Shown: one piece after another, positions 8,771-16,357 of the stretch
Position numbering within the stretch: position 1 is the first letter of the stretch
Layout of the letters: each line of letters starts with the position of its first letter
Assembly (NCBI GenBank): GCA_039715015.1
Contig: JBDLIE010000029.1
Location: 1 to 31,061 of the forward strand
DNA from: Thermodesulfobacteriota bacterium
Lineage (GTDB): Bacteria > Desulfobacterota > Desulfobulbia > Desulfobulbales > SURF-16
DNA: 31,061 nt
Direction of reading: 5' to 3'
Notes under the pieces: generated by a model
What the model was told of the DNA's origin: nothing
The model's input: only the letters and a program-made list of their open reading frames with translations
Databases searched by the model: none
Program-made: the position numbers and the translations under genes

Positions 8771-9916
8771 ATGTATGATTTTGATTTCCAGAACCCTACC
8801 AAGATTATTTTTGGCCTGAATGCAGAGAAGAGTATCGGTTCAGTGCTCAAGGATGCAGGCCATGGCAAGGTGTTGCTGGTCTATGGCAGCCAGTCGGTCA
8901 AAAAAAGTGGGCTGCTGGATCGCGTTAAGGAGAAGCTGGGCCGCAAGGGCATAGACTTTGTCGAGTTTGGCGGCGTTGTTTCCAACCCTGTTCTTTCCCA
9001 TACCAGAAAAGGCGTAGGGCTTGCCAAGGCAGAGAAAGTGGATGCCGTCTTGGCAGTGGGCGGCGGTTCGGTCCTTGATGAGGGAAAGGCCATTGCCGTG
9101 GGCGCACTTGCCAGTGAAGATGTCTGGCAGTTTTTTGTCGGCAGGGAGGTTAGCGCGGCCCTGCCCATCTATACCATTTTGACCCTGGCTGCCACCGGCA
9201 GCGAGATGAACGGCAATAGCGTGGTCACCAATGAGGAGACCAGGCAGAAGTATAATATCGCCTCCCCCCTTGTTTACCCCAGAGTCTCCATCCTTAATCC
9301 GGAGTTGACCTGCACCGTACCTGCCGACTATTCGGCCTATGGGGCCGTAGATGCCATTGCCCATCTCATGGAGGCCTATTTTACCAAGAACCCTGGTACC
9401 AGGCTGGCCGACAGACTGGTGGAGAGTATTGTTAAAACGGTAATTGCCAGCCATAATGTGATCAGTAAGGAGCCGGATAATTATGAGGCCAGGGCCGAGT
9501 TCATGTGGACGGCTACCTTGGCCCTAAATGGTCTGACCCCCTGTGGCGTAGGTGAGTATTCCTTTCCCAACCACATGATCGAGCATTCGTTAAGCGCCAT
9601 CTATAATATCGCCCACGGTGCTGGCCTGGCCATTGTCATGCCAGCTTGGATGCGTTGGTATAGTAAGCATAATCCCGATCAGTTTGAGCGCTTTGCCGAT
9701 AAGGTTTTTGGTGTTAAGGGAGCCGATGCCGGCATCAGCGCCCTGGAGGCATGGTTTAAGGAAATCGGCGCGCCCATTCGTCTACAGGATGCTGGCATAG
9801 CTTCTGACGACATCGACATGATAGCTGAAAATGGCTCGGGACTTGCCAAGCTCTGGGGGATCGATGGCATCTACACTCAAGAGGTGATTGCCGAGATTCT
9901 CCAGCTTGCCATCTGA
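8771..9916 (+). CDS. Iron-containing alcohol dehydrogenase (BdhA/YqhD-like)
   Basis: NPTKIIFG, AVGGGSVLD, TLAATGSEMN, DAIAH, HMIEHSLSA, HGAGLA. Confidence 0.93.
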   Translation: MYDFDFQNPTKIIFGLNAEKSIGSVLKDAGHGKVLLVYGSQSVKKSGLLDRVKEKLGRKGIDFVEFGGVVSNPVLSHTRKGVGLAKAEKVDAVLAVGGGSVLDEGKAIAVGALASEDVWQFFVGREVSAALPIYTILTLAATGSEMNGNSVVTNEETRQKYNIASPLVYPRVSILNPELTCTVPADYSAYGAVDAIAHLMEAYFTKNPGTRLADRLVESIVKTVIASHNVISKEPDNYEARAEFMWTATLALNGLTPCGVGEYSFPNHMIEHSLSAIYNIAHGAGLAIVMPAWMRWYSKHNPDQFERFADKVFGVKGADAGISALEAWFKEIGAPIRLQDAGIASDDIDMIAENGSGLAKLWGIDGIYTQEVIAEILQLAI

Positions 9917-9979
9917 TCTTCTTGCCGGAATGTTTACCTGAGCAGGTAGTGGTTGATGACAACGGTTCGCTATCAGAGG

Positions 9980-10825
9980 TTATTTTGGAGAGAGAATTTC
10001 GTCGGCAAAATCAGGGTAGAGTTTGCGCATGCAGTCAGGACAGATGCCGTGGCTGAATTCGGCCTGGGAATGCTGTTGAATGTATTCGTCCACCTGATTC
10101 CAATAGCCCTTGTCGTCGCGGATTTTTTTGCACGAAGAACAGATGGGCAGAAAGCCGCTTAAGGTTTTTACCTTGTCCAGGGCTTCCTGGAGCTCAAGGA
10201 TAAGCTCTTCTCTTTTCTTTTCAGCCTCGATTTTTTCAGTGACATCCTGCATGGCCCCAATAAGCCCGGCTACCTGTCCATCAGAAGCATGAAAGGAGGC
10301 TTTGTTGAAGATCACATGGCGCATGCCCTTGTCGACGTGCTTCACCTCAAATTCATATACCTGGACGCCAGGTTTTTTGAAAAGATCCTCATCTTTTTCC
10401 TGGTATACCTCAGCAAGATCTTGCGGAGCGAGGTCATAAACGCTTTTGCCTATGATCTCTTCTTTGGTAAGGCCGAAAAAGTCCATGAAGCTCTGATTGC
10501 AGCCTGTATAAACATAGTCGCTGTCCTTATAGAAGATAGGAACGGGAATTGTGTCTAATAGGTGTTGCTGAAAATCAAGAGCGGCAGAAAGCTGTTGTTC
10601 GGTCTTTTGTTGCTGGGCCAGTAACCTGGCGCAGATCACGCCAAAGATGATGAAACAGGTGAGAATAAGAGACCTGATGTAGAGCTCATGATTGGGGACA
10701 GCTAAAACAAGCAGATCAAAAAAAGTCCCTTCATAAAAGATGAAGTAATCGAGCAGGGTGTCAGCCAGCCAGAGAAAGAGGCCGAGCCCGCAGGAGAGCA
10801 GAATGATTTTTATTTGCTGTTTCAT
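9980..10825 (-). CDS. Membrane-anchored PAS-domain protein with a C-terminal Cys/His Zn-ribbon-like domain
   Basis: 2 N-terminal TMs; PAS domain (LLDTIPVPIFYKD...CNQSF...GKSVYDL); coiled coil; LPICSSCKKIRDDKGYW...FSHGICPDC. Confidence 0.85.
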   Translation of the reverse strand: MKQQIKIILLSCGLGLFLWLADTLLDYFIFYEGTFFDLLVLAVPNHELYIRSLILTCFIIFGVICARLLAQQQKTEQQLSAALDFQQHLLDTIPVPIFYKDSDYVYTGCNQSFMDFFGLTKEEIIGKSVYDLAPQDLAEVYQEKDEDLFKKPGVQVYEFEVKHVDKGMRHVIFNKASFHASDGQVAGLIGAMQDVTEKIEAEKKREELILELQEALDKVKTLSGFLPICSSCKKIRDDKGYWNQVDEYIQQHSQAEFSHGICPDCMRKLYPDFADEILSPK

Positions 10826-10845
10826 AGAGGCAGGAGGCGAGATTT

Positions 10846-11205
10846 TTAAAAGGTGATAATCTCGTAGCCCTCATCAAGATAACGGCCCATACTGGGGTGG
10901 CCGTCCATGTCATCCACCAGGGGCAGCTTCTCAAATTTCACATCATCTAAAGCGCCCAGCTTTGTAGCGCAGGCCAGGCAGACAGCATCTATGAGGCCAA
11001 GTCCTTTTGTCTTGGCATAAAGGGCATGGAGGAAATGGCTGTCCAGCGATATTTCGGGAATGAGGGTGACAGCTTCACCCTCAATGACAATCTTGCCCTC
11101 TCGGCCCCGTTCATGGAGGTCAAGGGCGTTTAACAGGACATGGACAAAGCACATGGGATTGCCCTGGAAGGCAAATAGAACGGTTTTGTTGCGGCACTCT
11201 GACAT
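10846..11205 (-). CDS. DsrE/DsrF-like small cytoplasmic protein
   Basis: AGGAG RBS at 11213-11217 sets the start at 11205 (119 aa). Motifs MCFVHVLLNALDL, IVIEGEAV, AVCLACA, GHPSMGRYLDEGYEIITF. Confidence 0.8.
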   Translation of the reverse strand: MSECRNKTVLFAFQGNPMCFVHVLLNALDLHERGREGKIVIEGEAVTLIPEISLDSHFLHALYAKTKGLGLIDAVCLACATKLGALDDVKFEKLPLVDDMDGHPSMGRYLDEGYEIITF

Positions 11206-11326
11206 AGCTCTACTCCTATTTGTTGGGGGCCATGAAAAAGAATACGCCATTATGTCAGGGTTGACCAGCGATAATGACGTATTCTTTCAGGCCAGCAGGA
11301 GGGGCTGCCGTTATGGGACAGAAGAT

Positions 11327-11467
11327 CTATTCAAAGGCCTGACCGGTCTTCCACTCCTGCCAAACCTTGGCTGCATGGGGTGCAGCAGTTTGTTCATTTG
11401 ATTCGGTTTCTTCACCTACAAGGCCACCTGTAGGCCTGGCACAGCCAGCGTTGCCTTCGTCCGCCAT
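11327..11467 (-). CDS. Unannotated 46-aa small protein (MADEGNAGCARPTGGLVGEETESNEQTAAPHAAKVWQEWKTGQAFE)
   Basis: AGGAGG RBS just upstream of ATG 11467, TAG at 11327-11329, and its own promoter and Fur box upstream. Shorter than any ORF in the track. Confidence 0.6.
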   Translation of the reverse strand: MADEGNAGCARPTGGLVGEETESNEQTAAPHAAKVWQEWKTGQAFE

Positions 11468-11504
11468 GGATACCTCCTGGAATAGATTTTTTATTTCTGA
11501 TAGA

Positions 11505-11519
11505 TAAGTAAATTACTTA
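11505..11519. promoter_or_regulatory. Perfect 7-1-7 palindrome TAAGTAA-A-TTACTTA (putative operator over the -10)
   Basis: Exact inverted repeat next to the Fur box, overlapping a TAATTT -10 on the minus strand. Confidence 0.5.
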
Positions 11520-11521
11520 GA

Positions 11522-11536
11522 TGATAATAATTATCA
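11522..11536. promoter_or_regulatory. Fur box, perfect 7-1-7 TGATAAT-A-ATTATCA
   Basis: Exact match to the established 7-1-7 Fur core; overlaps a minus-strand -35 (TTGATA, 11532-11537). Confidence 0.75.
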
Positions 11537-11542
11537 ATTTTT

Positions 11543-12649
11543 TTAAAGATGTAATTTTTGCCATTCTTTTTTCTGCGACGCTGCAACCTGCTGGTTAACA
11601 AGCAGGCCATCAAACAGATTGATTCCCCGGTAGAGGGCCTGGTCTTTCCGGGCTGCTGCTTCAAGGCCCTTATTGGCAATGGTAAGGCAATAGGGCAGGG
11701 TGGCGTTAGTGAGGGCAAAGGTGGATGTCCAGGGTACGGCCCCTGGCATATTGGCCACGCAGTAATGGAGAATGCCGTCAACCTCAAAAACAGGGTCAGA
11801 GTGGTATGTCGGCCGTGAGGTCTCAAGGCAACCGCCCTGGTCAATGGCCACATCAACGATAACTGAGCCCTTTTGCATCAGGCTGAGCATCTGGCGCGTC
11901 ACCAGTGTCGGGGCCCGGCCACCCGGCACATAGATGGCGCTAATCAGCAGGTCTGCCTTGCTCAGTTCTTCTTCGATATTATGGTGATTAAGGGCCAGGG
12001 TGGTGAGGCGGCCTTGGTAGAGGGCGTCTAGTTCGGCAAGTTTTTTTAAATTCCGGGCCAGGATGGTGGTATGGGCGCCAAGGCCCATGGCCATTTGGGC
12101 GGCATTGGTGGCCACGGTGCCGCTGCCGAGGATGGTGACATGGCCGGGCTGAACTCCAGGCACCCCTGCCAGGAGCACCCCGCGTCCCCCTTCCTCTTTT
12201 TCCAGAAAACGGGCGCCCTCTTGGATGGCCATTCGGCCTGCGACCTGACTCATGGGAGCAAGCAGCGGCAGGAATCCATTATCAAGCTGCACGGTTTCAT
12301 AGGCAACAGCCCGAACCTTGCTCTTGAGCAGGCTGTCTGTAAGCTCCGGGGCCGGGGCGAGGTGGAGATAGGTAAAAAGGATCTGGCCGGGACGAAGGAG
12401 GGATAATTCCGGGCCCAGGGGCTCCTTGACCTTCATGACAAGGTCGGCCTTCTCGTAAATTTCTTGGGCGGATGAGCTGAGGCTGGCTCCGGCATCACCA
12501 TACTCGTTGGCAGTAATGCCGCTGCCCGCACCAGCATCCTTTTCAACAAGAACTAAATGGCCCGCTTGGCTAAGGGCTTTAACTCCAGCCGGGACAATGC
12601 CCACCCGGAATTCCTTCTCTTTGATCTCTTTAGGAACACCGATAATCAT
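11543..12649 (-). CDS. ald: Alanine dehydrogenase
   Basis: MIIGVPKEIK..EFRVG, MKVKEP, FTYLHLA, PLLAPMSQVAGR, VDVAIDQGG, HYCVANMPGAVP; AGGAG RBS. Confidence 0.96.
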   Translation of the reverse strand: MIIGVPKEIKEKEFRVGIVPAGVKALSQAGHLVLVEKDAGAGSGITANEYGDAGASLSSSAQEIYEKADLVMKVKEPLGPELSLLRPGQILFTYLHLAPAPELTDSLLKSKVRAVAYETVQLDNGFLPLLAPMSQVAGRMAIQEGARFLEKEEGGRGVLLAGVPGVQPGHVTILGSGTVATNAAQMAMGLGAHTTILARNLKKLAELDALYQGRLTTLALNHHNIEEELSKADLLISAIYVPGGRAPTLVTRQMLSLMQKGSVIVDVAIDQGGCLETSRPTYHSDPVFEVDGILHYCVANMPGAVPWTSTFALTNATLPYCLTIANKGLEAAARKDQALYRGINLFDGLLVNQQVAASQKKEWQKLHL

Positions 12650-12805
12650 TGTTTTCTCCTGTGCGGTAATGGCGATCTACAAAAAGTGTATATGGAATTC
12701 CGAACCCAGTTCAATTTTTTTCTTGAGAAGAAAAAGACCAAGATTATTTTATAAGTAATATCGGGCAGATGTGGCTTGCGGGGCAATGCCGCAGCTGGAG
12801 AGGGG

Positions 12806-15148
12806 TCAGGTGGTGAGGATGCGGTACATATCCGGCATGCGGCGCGGCAGCTTTTTAACGTCGTCAATAAAGAGGTAATTGACCTCGCCGAAGAGGTGGG
12901 AAATGTAGTCCTGGGCCTCATGGTCGATGGTGATGCAGAAAGGGTGGATACCCTTGATCTTGGCTTCGATCAAGGCATGGCGGGTGTCTTCAATGGCGTA
13001 TTCGCCCTTATAATCGTCATAATCCTCCGGCTTGCCGTCGGTGAGGATGATGAGGAGGCGCACCCGTGCCTCCATCTCTGAGAGTATGTTGCTGAAATGG
13101 CGGATGGGTGGTCCCATCCGGGTATAGTCCTTGGGGCCGAGGGCGGCGATGCGGCCCTGTACCGTGTCGTTATAGGGCTCCTCCATTTTCTTGACCCGGA
13201 AAACCTCACTGCGGGTGCGGCGCATCCCTGAAAATCCGTAGATGGCATAACGGTCGCCCAGGCTCTCCATGGCTTCGGCCATGACCAGCAGCGACTCCTT
13301 AATGGCCTTGCCCACCCAGCCCTCGGTGGATGAGGACATATCAACCAGAAAGAGGGCGGCAATATCGCGCTGGTCGCGAAGCTGGCGGATAAAGAGGCGT
13401 TCGGAAGGGGGGAGGCCTGCCTGTTGGTCGGCAAGGGCTTCGGTGAGGGCGTCCAAATCGATGTCGTCGCCGTCGCGCTGTCTGCCAATGAAACGATGGT
13501 GGCTGCGCATCTGTTCAAACTGTCTCTTGAGCTGCTTGATCACCCCCCGATGCTCGTTCAGCGCCGTGCTGATAAAGGTGCCGCCGCTGGGCTGAATCTC
13601 CTTTTCCAGAAGATGGCACCAGTTATGGCGAAAACCCTGGCGCCGGAAATCCCATTCGTCATAGAGGCTGGCACCGTTTAGGGGTGCTCCCCCCTGCTCC
13701 TCAGTGATCATGTTTGGCTCATAACTGCTTCCTGCAGCCATTTTTTCGGCACTGTCCAGGTAAAGCTGGGGCATGTTGCCCAGATCGTCCATGATCTCCC
13801 TGCTCAACTCCTGAAGCTTTATGTCCAGGCCAATCTTTTCATCATCCAGGCGGATATGGCGGACTACCTGGTCATGGCCAGGCTCCTTTTCCTTTTCTTC
13901 ATCCTGCTGGCTGGGAAGGCGGAGGGTGAGGTTGGCGCCACTGTCCGGTTGCTGAGGTTGATCGGCTTGGGCGGACTGCTGATCGCCATGTTCCTCCTTT
14001 TTTTTGGCAATGGAAGGCAGAATACGGATGGAGAGGGCCTCTATGAACTGTTGCTCCACCTCTTTGCGACGGGCCAGGCGGCGAACATGGGCCTCTTCAA
14101 CCTGGAAGCTACCCTGGAAGAAAGGAGCTGGCGCAATGCATGGGCCTGATGTTTCTCTATACACTTCTTCATAGACTCGGGCCGTATCAAGAAAGATCTG
14201 GCTGGGGCTGCTCCGCCAGGAAGAGGAGTTGCAGTTTTGCCGAAAGGGGCCGGGAGGTAGCTCCAAGGGGAGATTTTTGCCAAGTTGTTCTAGGAGAAAG
14301 GAGTACTCCGCAGCGAGGAACGAATTTTCCTTCTTAACAGGAAAATCTTCAACAACCCTCTGAAAATAGGTCTGGCTGTCAGCCATAAGACCAGGCAACC
14401 TTTTTTGTAAAAAGCTGAGGGCGCGAAAGGTCTGCAGGAAATGGTAGATTGTCATTGCCAGCTGGGGCTGGGTAAATGTCCCAGAGAATCGGTGCAGGAA
14501 AATTTCGGAGTGACGGTTCTTTACAGCCGAACGGTCTAATGCCTTAAAAAGGGCATCTTCATCATCCATTTCATGACAATAGAGGTCAACCCGGATAAAG
14601 GCCCATTGCAGGGAGGCAAGGAATTTATAGACCAGGAAATTTTCATCATTTTCAGAAAAGATGCTGATGTCTTGCGGCAAGAAGATGGTGGCGGTATCAG
14701 TGCCAGGCAAGGTCGCTTTTTCCAATTCAAAAGGCCGGCCGGCCACGCCACGCAGGTAGAGGCTGAGGCGTGTTTTTACATCAGTGAGGAGGAGGCCGCT
14801 CTGGCCCTTTAATGTGCAGATGAAATGGCTGTCGAGATCTGCCATGAAGCGCCGGGCTTCCTGGAGACCATGGGCCTCATAGCGGCCGAGAATGCCCCGG
14901 ACCCATTCGGCGAATTGCTTCTCATCCAAGCAAGCCAAGGCAGGCCGCACTGCATCAAGAAAGGCAAGGCAGAGCGAGTGACTCACCGGCCAGATAACTG
15001 ACAGTTGCTGTAAGAGGAGGCCCTGTTGAGGTTGCGAGAGTTCTGTTAAACATTCGAGCAGTTCTTCGCTTTCCCAGCTATTAAGCTCTTTTTTCGGGAT
15101 GATTTCATAGAGCTGCCGGGTGATGGTGTTGTCGACTGCGGAGTCCAT
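12806..15148 (-). CDS. VWA-domain CbbO/NorD-family chaperone adaptor
   Basis: YDEWDFRRQ, GDDIDLDA, MIDAS DMSSS, YTRMGPPIRH, LTDGKPEDYD, PFCITID. Confidence 0.9.
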   Translation of the reverse strand: MDSAVDNTITRQLYEIIPKKELNSWESEELLECLTELSQPQQGLLLQQLSVIWPVSHSLCLAFLDAVRPALACLDEKQFAEWVRGILGRYEAHGLQEARRFMADLDSHFICTLKGQSGLLLTDVKTRLSLYLRGVAGRPFELEKATLPGTDTATIFLPQDISIFSENDENFLVYKFLASLQWAFIRVDLYCHEMDDEDALFKALDRSAVKNRHSEIFLHRFSGTFTQPQLAMTIYHFLQTFRALSFLQKRLPGLMADSQTYFQRVVEDFPVKKENSFLAAEYSFLLEQLGKNLPLELPPGPFRQNCNSSSWRSSPSQIFLDTARVYEEVYRETSGPCIAPAPFFQGSFQVEEAHVRRLARRKEVEQQFIEALSIRILPSIAKKKEEHGDQQSAQADQPQQPDSGANLTLRLPSQQDEEKEKEPGHDQVVRHIRLDDEKIGLDIKLQELSREIMDDLGNMPQLYLDSAEKMAAGSSYEPNMITEEQGGAPLNGASLYDEWDFRRQGFRHNWCHLLEKEIQPSGGTFISTALNEHRGVIKQLKRQFEQMRSHHRFIGRQRDGDDIDLDALTEALADQQAGLPPSERLFIRQLRDQRDIAALFLVDMSSSTEGWVGKAIKESLLVMAEAMESLGDRYAIYGFSGMRRTRSEVFRVKKMEEPYNDTVQGRIAALGPKDYTRMGPPIRHFSNILSEMEARVRLLIILTDGKPEDYDDYKGEYAIEDTRHALIEAKIKGIHPFCITIDHEAQDYISHLFGEVNYLFIDDVKKLPRRMPDMYRILTT

Positions 15149-15158
15149 GGCAGGGGCC

Positions 15159-15968
15159 TTAGGTGTAGAGGGACGAAATCATCTCATCAATGGCCGCCAC
15201 CAGTTCATGGTCGTCGCTCAAGGTTTCGCTGATTGTTACCTTGCAGGCCTGACGGGGAGCAATACCGCTGTTGATAAGCGTGCCGGCATGGATCAGCAGC
15301 CGGGTGCTTGCCCCTTCCTGGAGGCCGGCATCTTCCAGACTACGGGTCATTTCAGCAAGGCGCACCAGTTTTTCGGCCTCCTCTCTGCTGATCTTGGCCT
15401 CATGCTGGACGATCTCCGCCTCAATGTCTGGGCCTGGGTAGGCAAGCTCAAGGGCAATAAAACGCTGGCGGGTTGAGGGTTTGAGATCCTTGACCACGGA
15501 TTGATAGCCTGGATTATAGGACAGGGCCAGCATGAACTGGTCGGTGGCAGTGAGGATTTCCCCCTTTTTTTCAATGGGTAGCTCGCGGCGGTCGTCGGCC
15601 AGAGGATGAATGACCACAGTGGTGTCCTTGCGGGCCTCTACTATTTCGTCAAGATAGCAGATGCCGCCGTGGCGCACGGCCAGGGTCAGGGGGCCGTCCA
15701 TCCACACTGTTTCACCGCCGCGGATGAGGTAGCGACCGACAAGATCACTGGTGGAAAGGTCATCGTGACAGGAAACCGTTACCAGGGGCCGTTTTAGTTT
15801 CCAGGCCAGATATTGCATAAAGCGGCTTTTGCCGCTGCCGGTGGGGCCTTTTAAAAGCAGGGGGATTTTATGTTCGTAGGCAGCCAGGGCAATGGTAAGC
15901 TCCTGGCCCTGCTCGCGATAGTAAGGTTCTTTATCTATGAAATGTTCCTCAATTCGTTTACCGTGCAT
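15159..15968 (-). CDS. CbbQ/NirQ/NorQ-family MoxR AAA+ ATPase
   Basis: Walker A GPTGSGKS, CHDDLSTSDLVGR, Walker B CYLDEIVEAR, SYNPGYQ, DLKPSTRQRF, STRLLIHA. Confidence 0.95.
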   Translation of the reverse strand: MHGKRIEEHFIDKEPYYREQGQELTIALAAYEHKIPLLLKGPTGSGKSRFMQYLAWKLKRPLVTVSCHDDLSTSDLVGRYLIRGGETVWMDGPLTLAVRHGGICYLDEIVEARKDTTVVIHPLADDRRELPIEKKGEILTATDQFMLALSYNPGYQSVVKDLKPSTRQRFIALELAYPGPDIEAEIVQHEAKISREEAEKLVRLAEMTRSLEDAGLQEGASTRLLIHAGTLINSGIAPRQACKVTISETLSDDHELVAAIDEMISSLYT

Positions 15969-16018
15969 GGCTTTGTCTTCCTAGCTGGGGTTAGGGGAGG
16001 CCTTGAGTCACTATTAAT

Positions 16019-16062
16019 TAGTAATTATTCTTATAAGTTAAATAGGAATAGACAGGAGTCAA
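16019..16062 (-). promoter_or_regulatory. sigma70 promoter (TTGACT-N16-TAACTT) with a downstream Fur/PerR-like operator TAGTAATTATTCTTAT
   Basis: -35 at 16057-16062 and -10 at 16035-16040. The operator at 16019-16034 matches the box at 51-66 at 15 of 16 positions. Confidence 0.55.
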
Positions 16063-16092
16063 CCTCTTAAATAGGAGCCGTGGCCCTGTTGT

Positions 16093-16131
16093 TTCGACAT
16101 TTTTGTCGAACTCTGGCTTGTTTTTGTCGAA
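16093..16131. promoter_or_regulatory. Putative enhancer (UAS) for a sigma54 activator
   Basis: Perfect palindrome TTCGACA-N4-TGTCGAA (16093-16110) plus a direct repeat of TTTTTGTCGAA 21 bp downstream (16121-16131), 60-100 bp upstream of a -24/-12 element. Confidence 0.6.
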
Positions 16132-16192
16132 TCAGAGAAAAAGATCATACCTAAATTTGCCGTAATCCCGGGCTTGAGGTAGTTTGTTTCGG

Positions 16193-16208
16193 TGGCACGC
16201 ATGTTGAA
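16193..16208 (+). promoter_or_regulatory. sigma54 (-24/-12) promoter TGGCACGCATGTTGAA
   Basis: Matches TGGCACG-N4-TTGCW except GA instead of GC at -12; points toward the MMPL operon. Confidence 0.6.
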
Positions 16209-16357
16209 TGATGGGCAGGCGTGAGGTTTCACCCCTTGCATTTTCTCTCTCTGACAGGGGGGGGCGGTTAAATACGGCAGCCCCTGTCATTATAACTGCA
16301 TCTGAAGGCTTTATACAGATGCGGATAAAAAACAAAGACCTAAAGGAAGAATGGCAG

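Noticed and set aside
7911..9454. Long antisense ORFs (222 aa and 204 aa) and similar shadow ORFs throughout the window
   Set aside because: They lie opposite well-supported genes, show no motifs, and are expected from codon bias.
11300..11311. 12-bp match (ACGGCAGCCCCT) to 16274-16285 on the opposite strand
   Set aside because: Dozens of 12-mer matches are expected by chance in 31 kb.
12806..15968. Evidence for carbon fixation (cbbQO) or denitrification (norQD)
   Set aside because: No RuBisCO or NO reductase genes in the window; family membership alone does not give the pathway, so no symbols were assigned.
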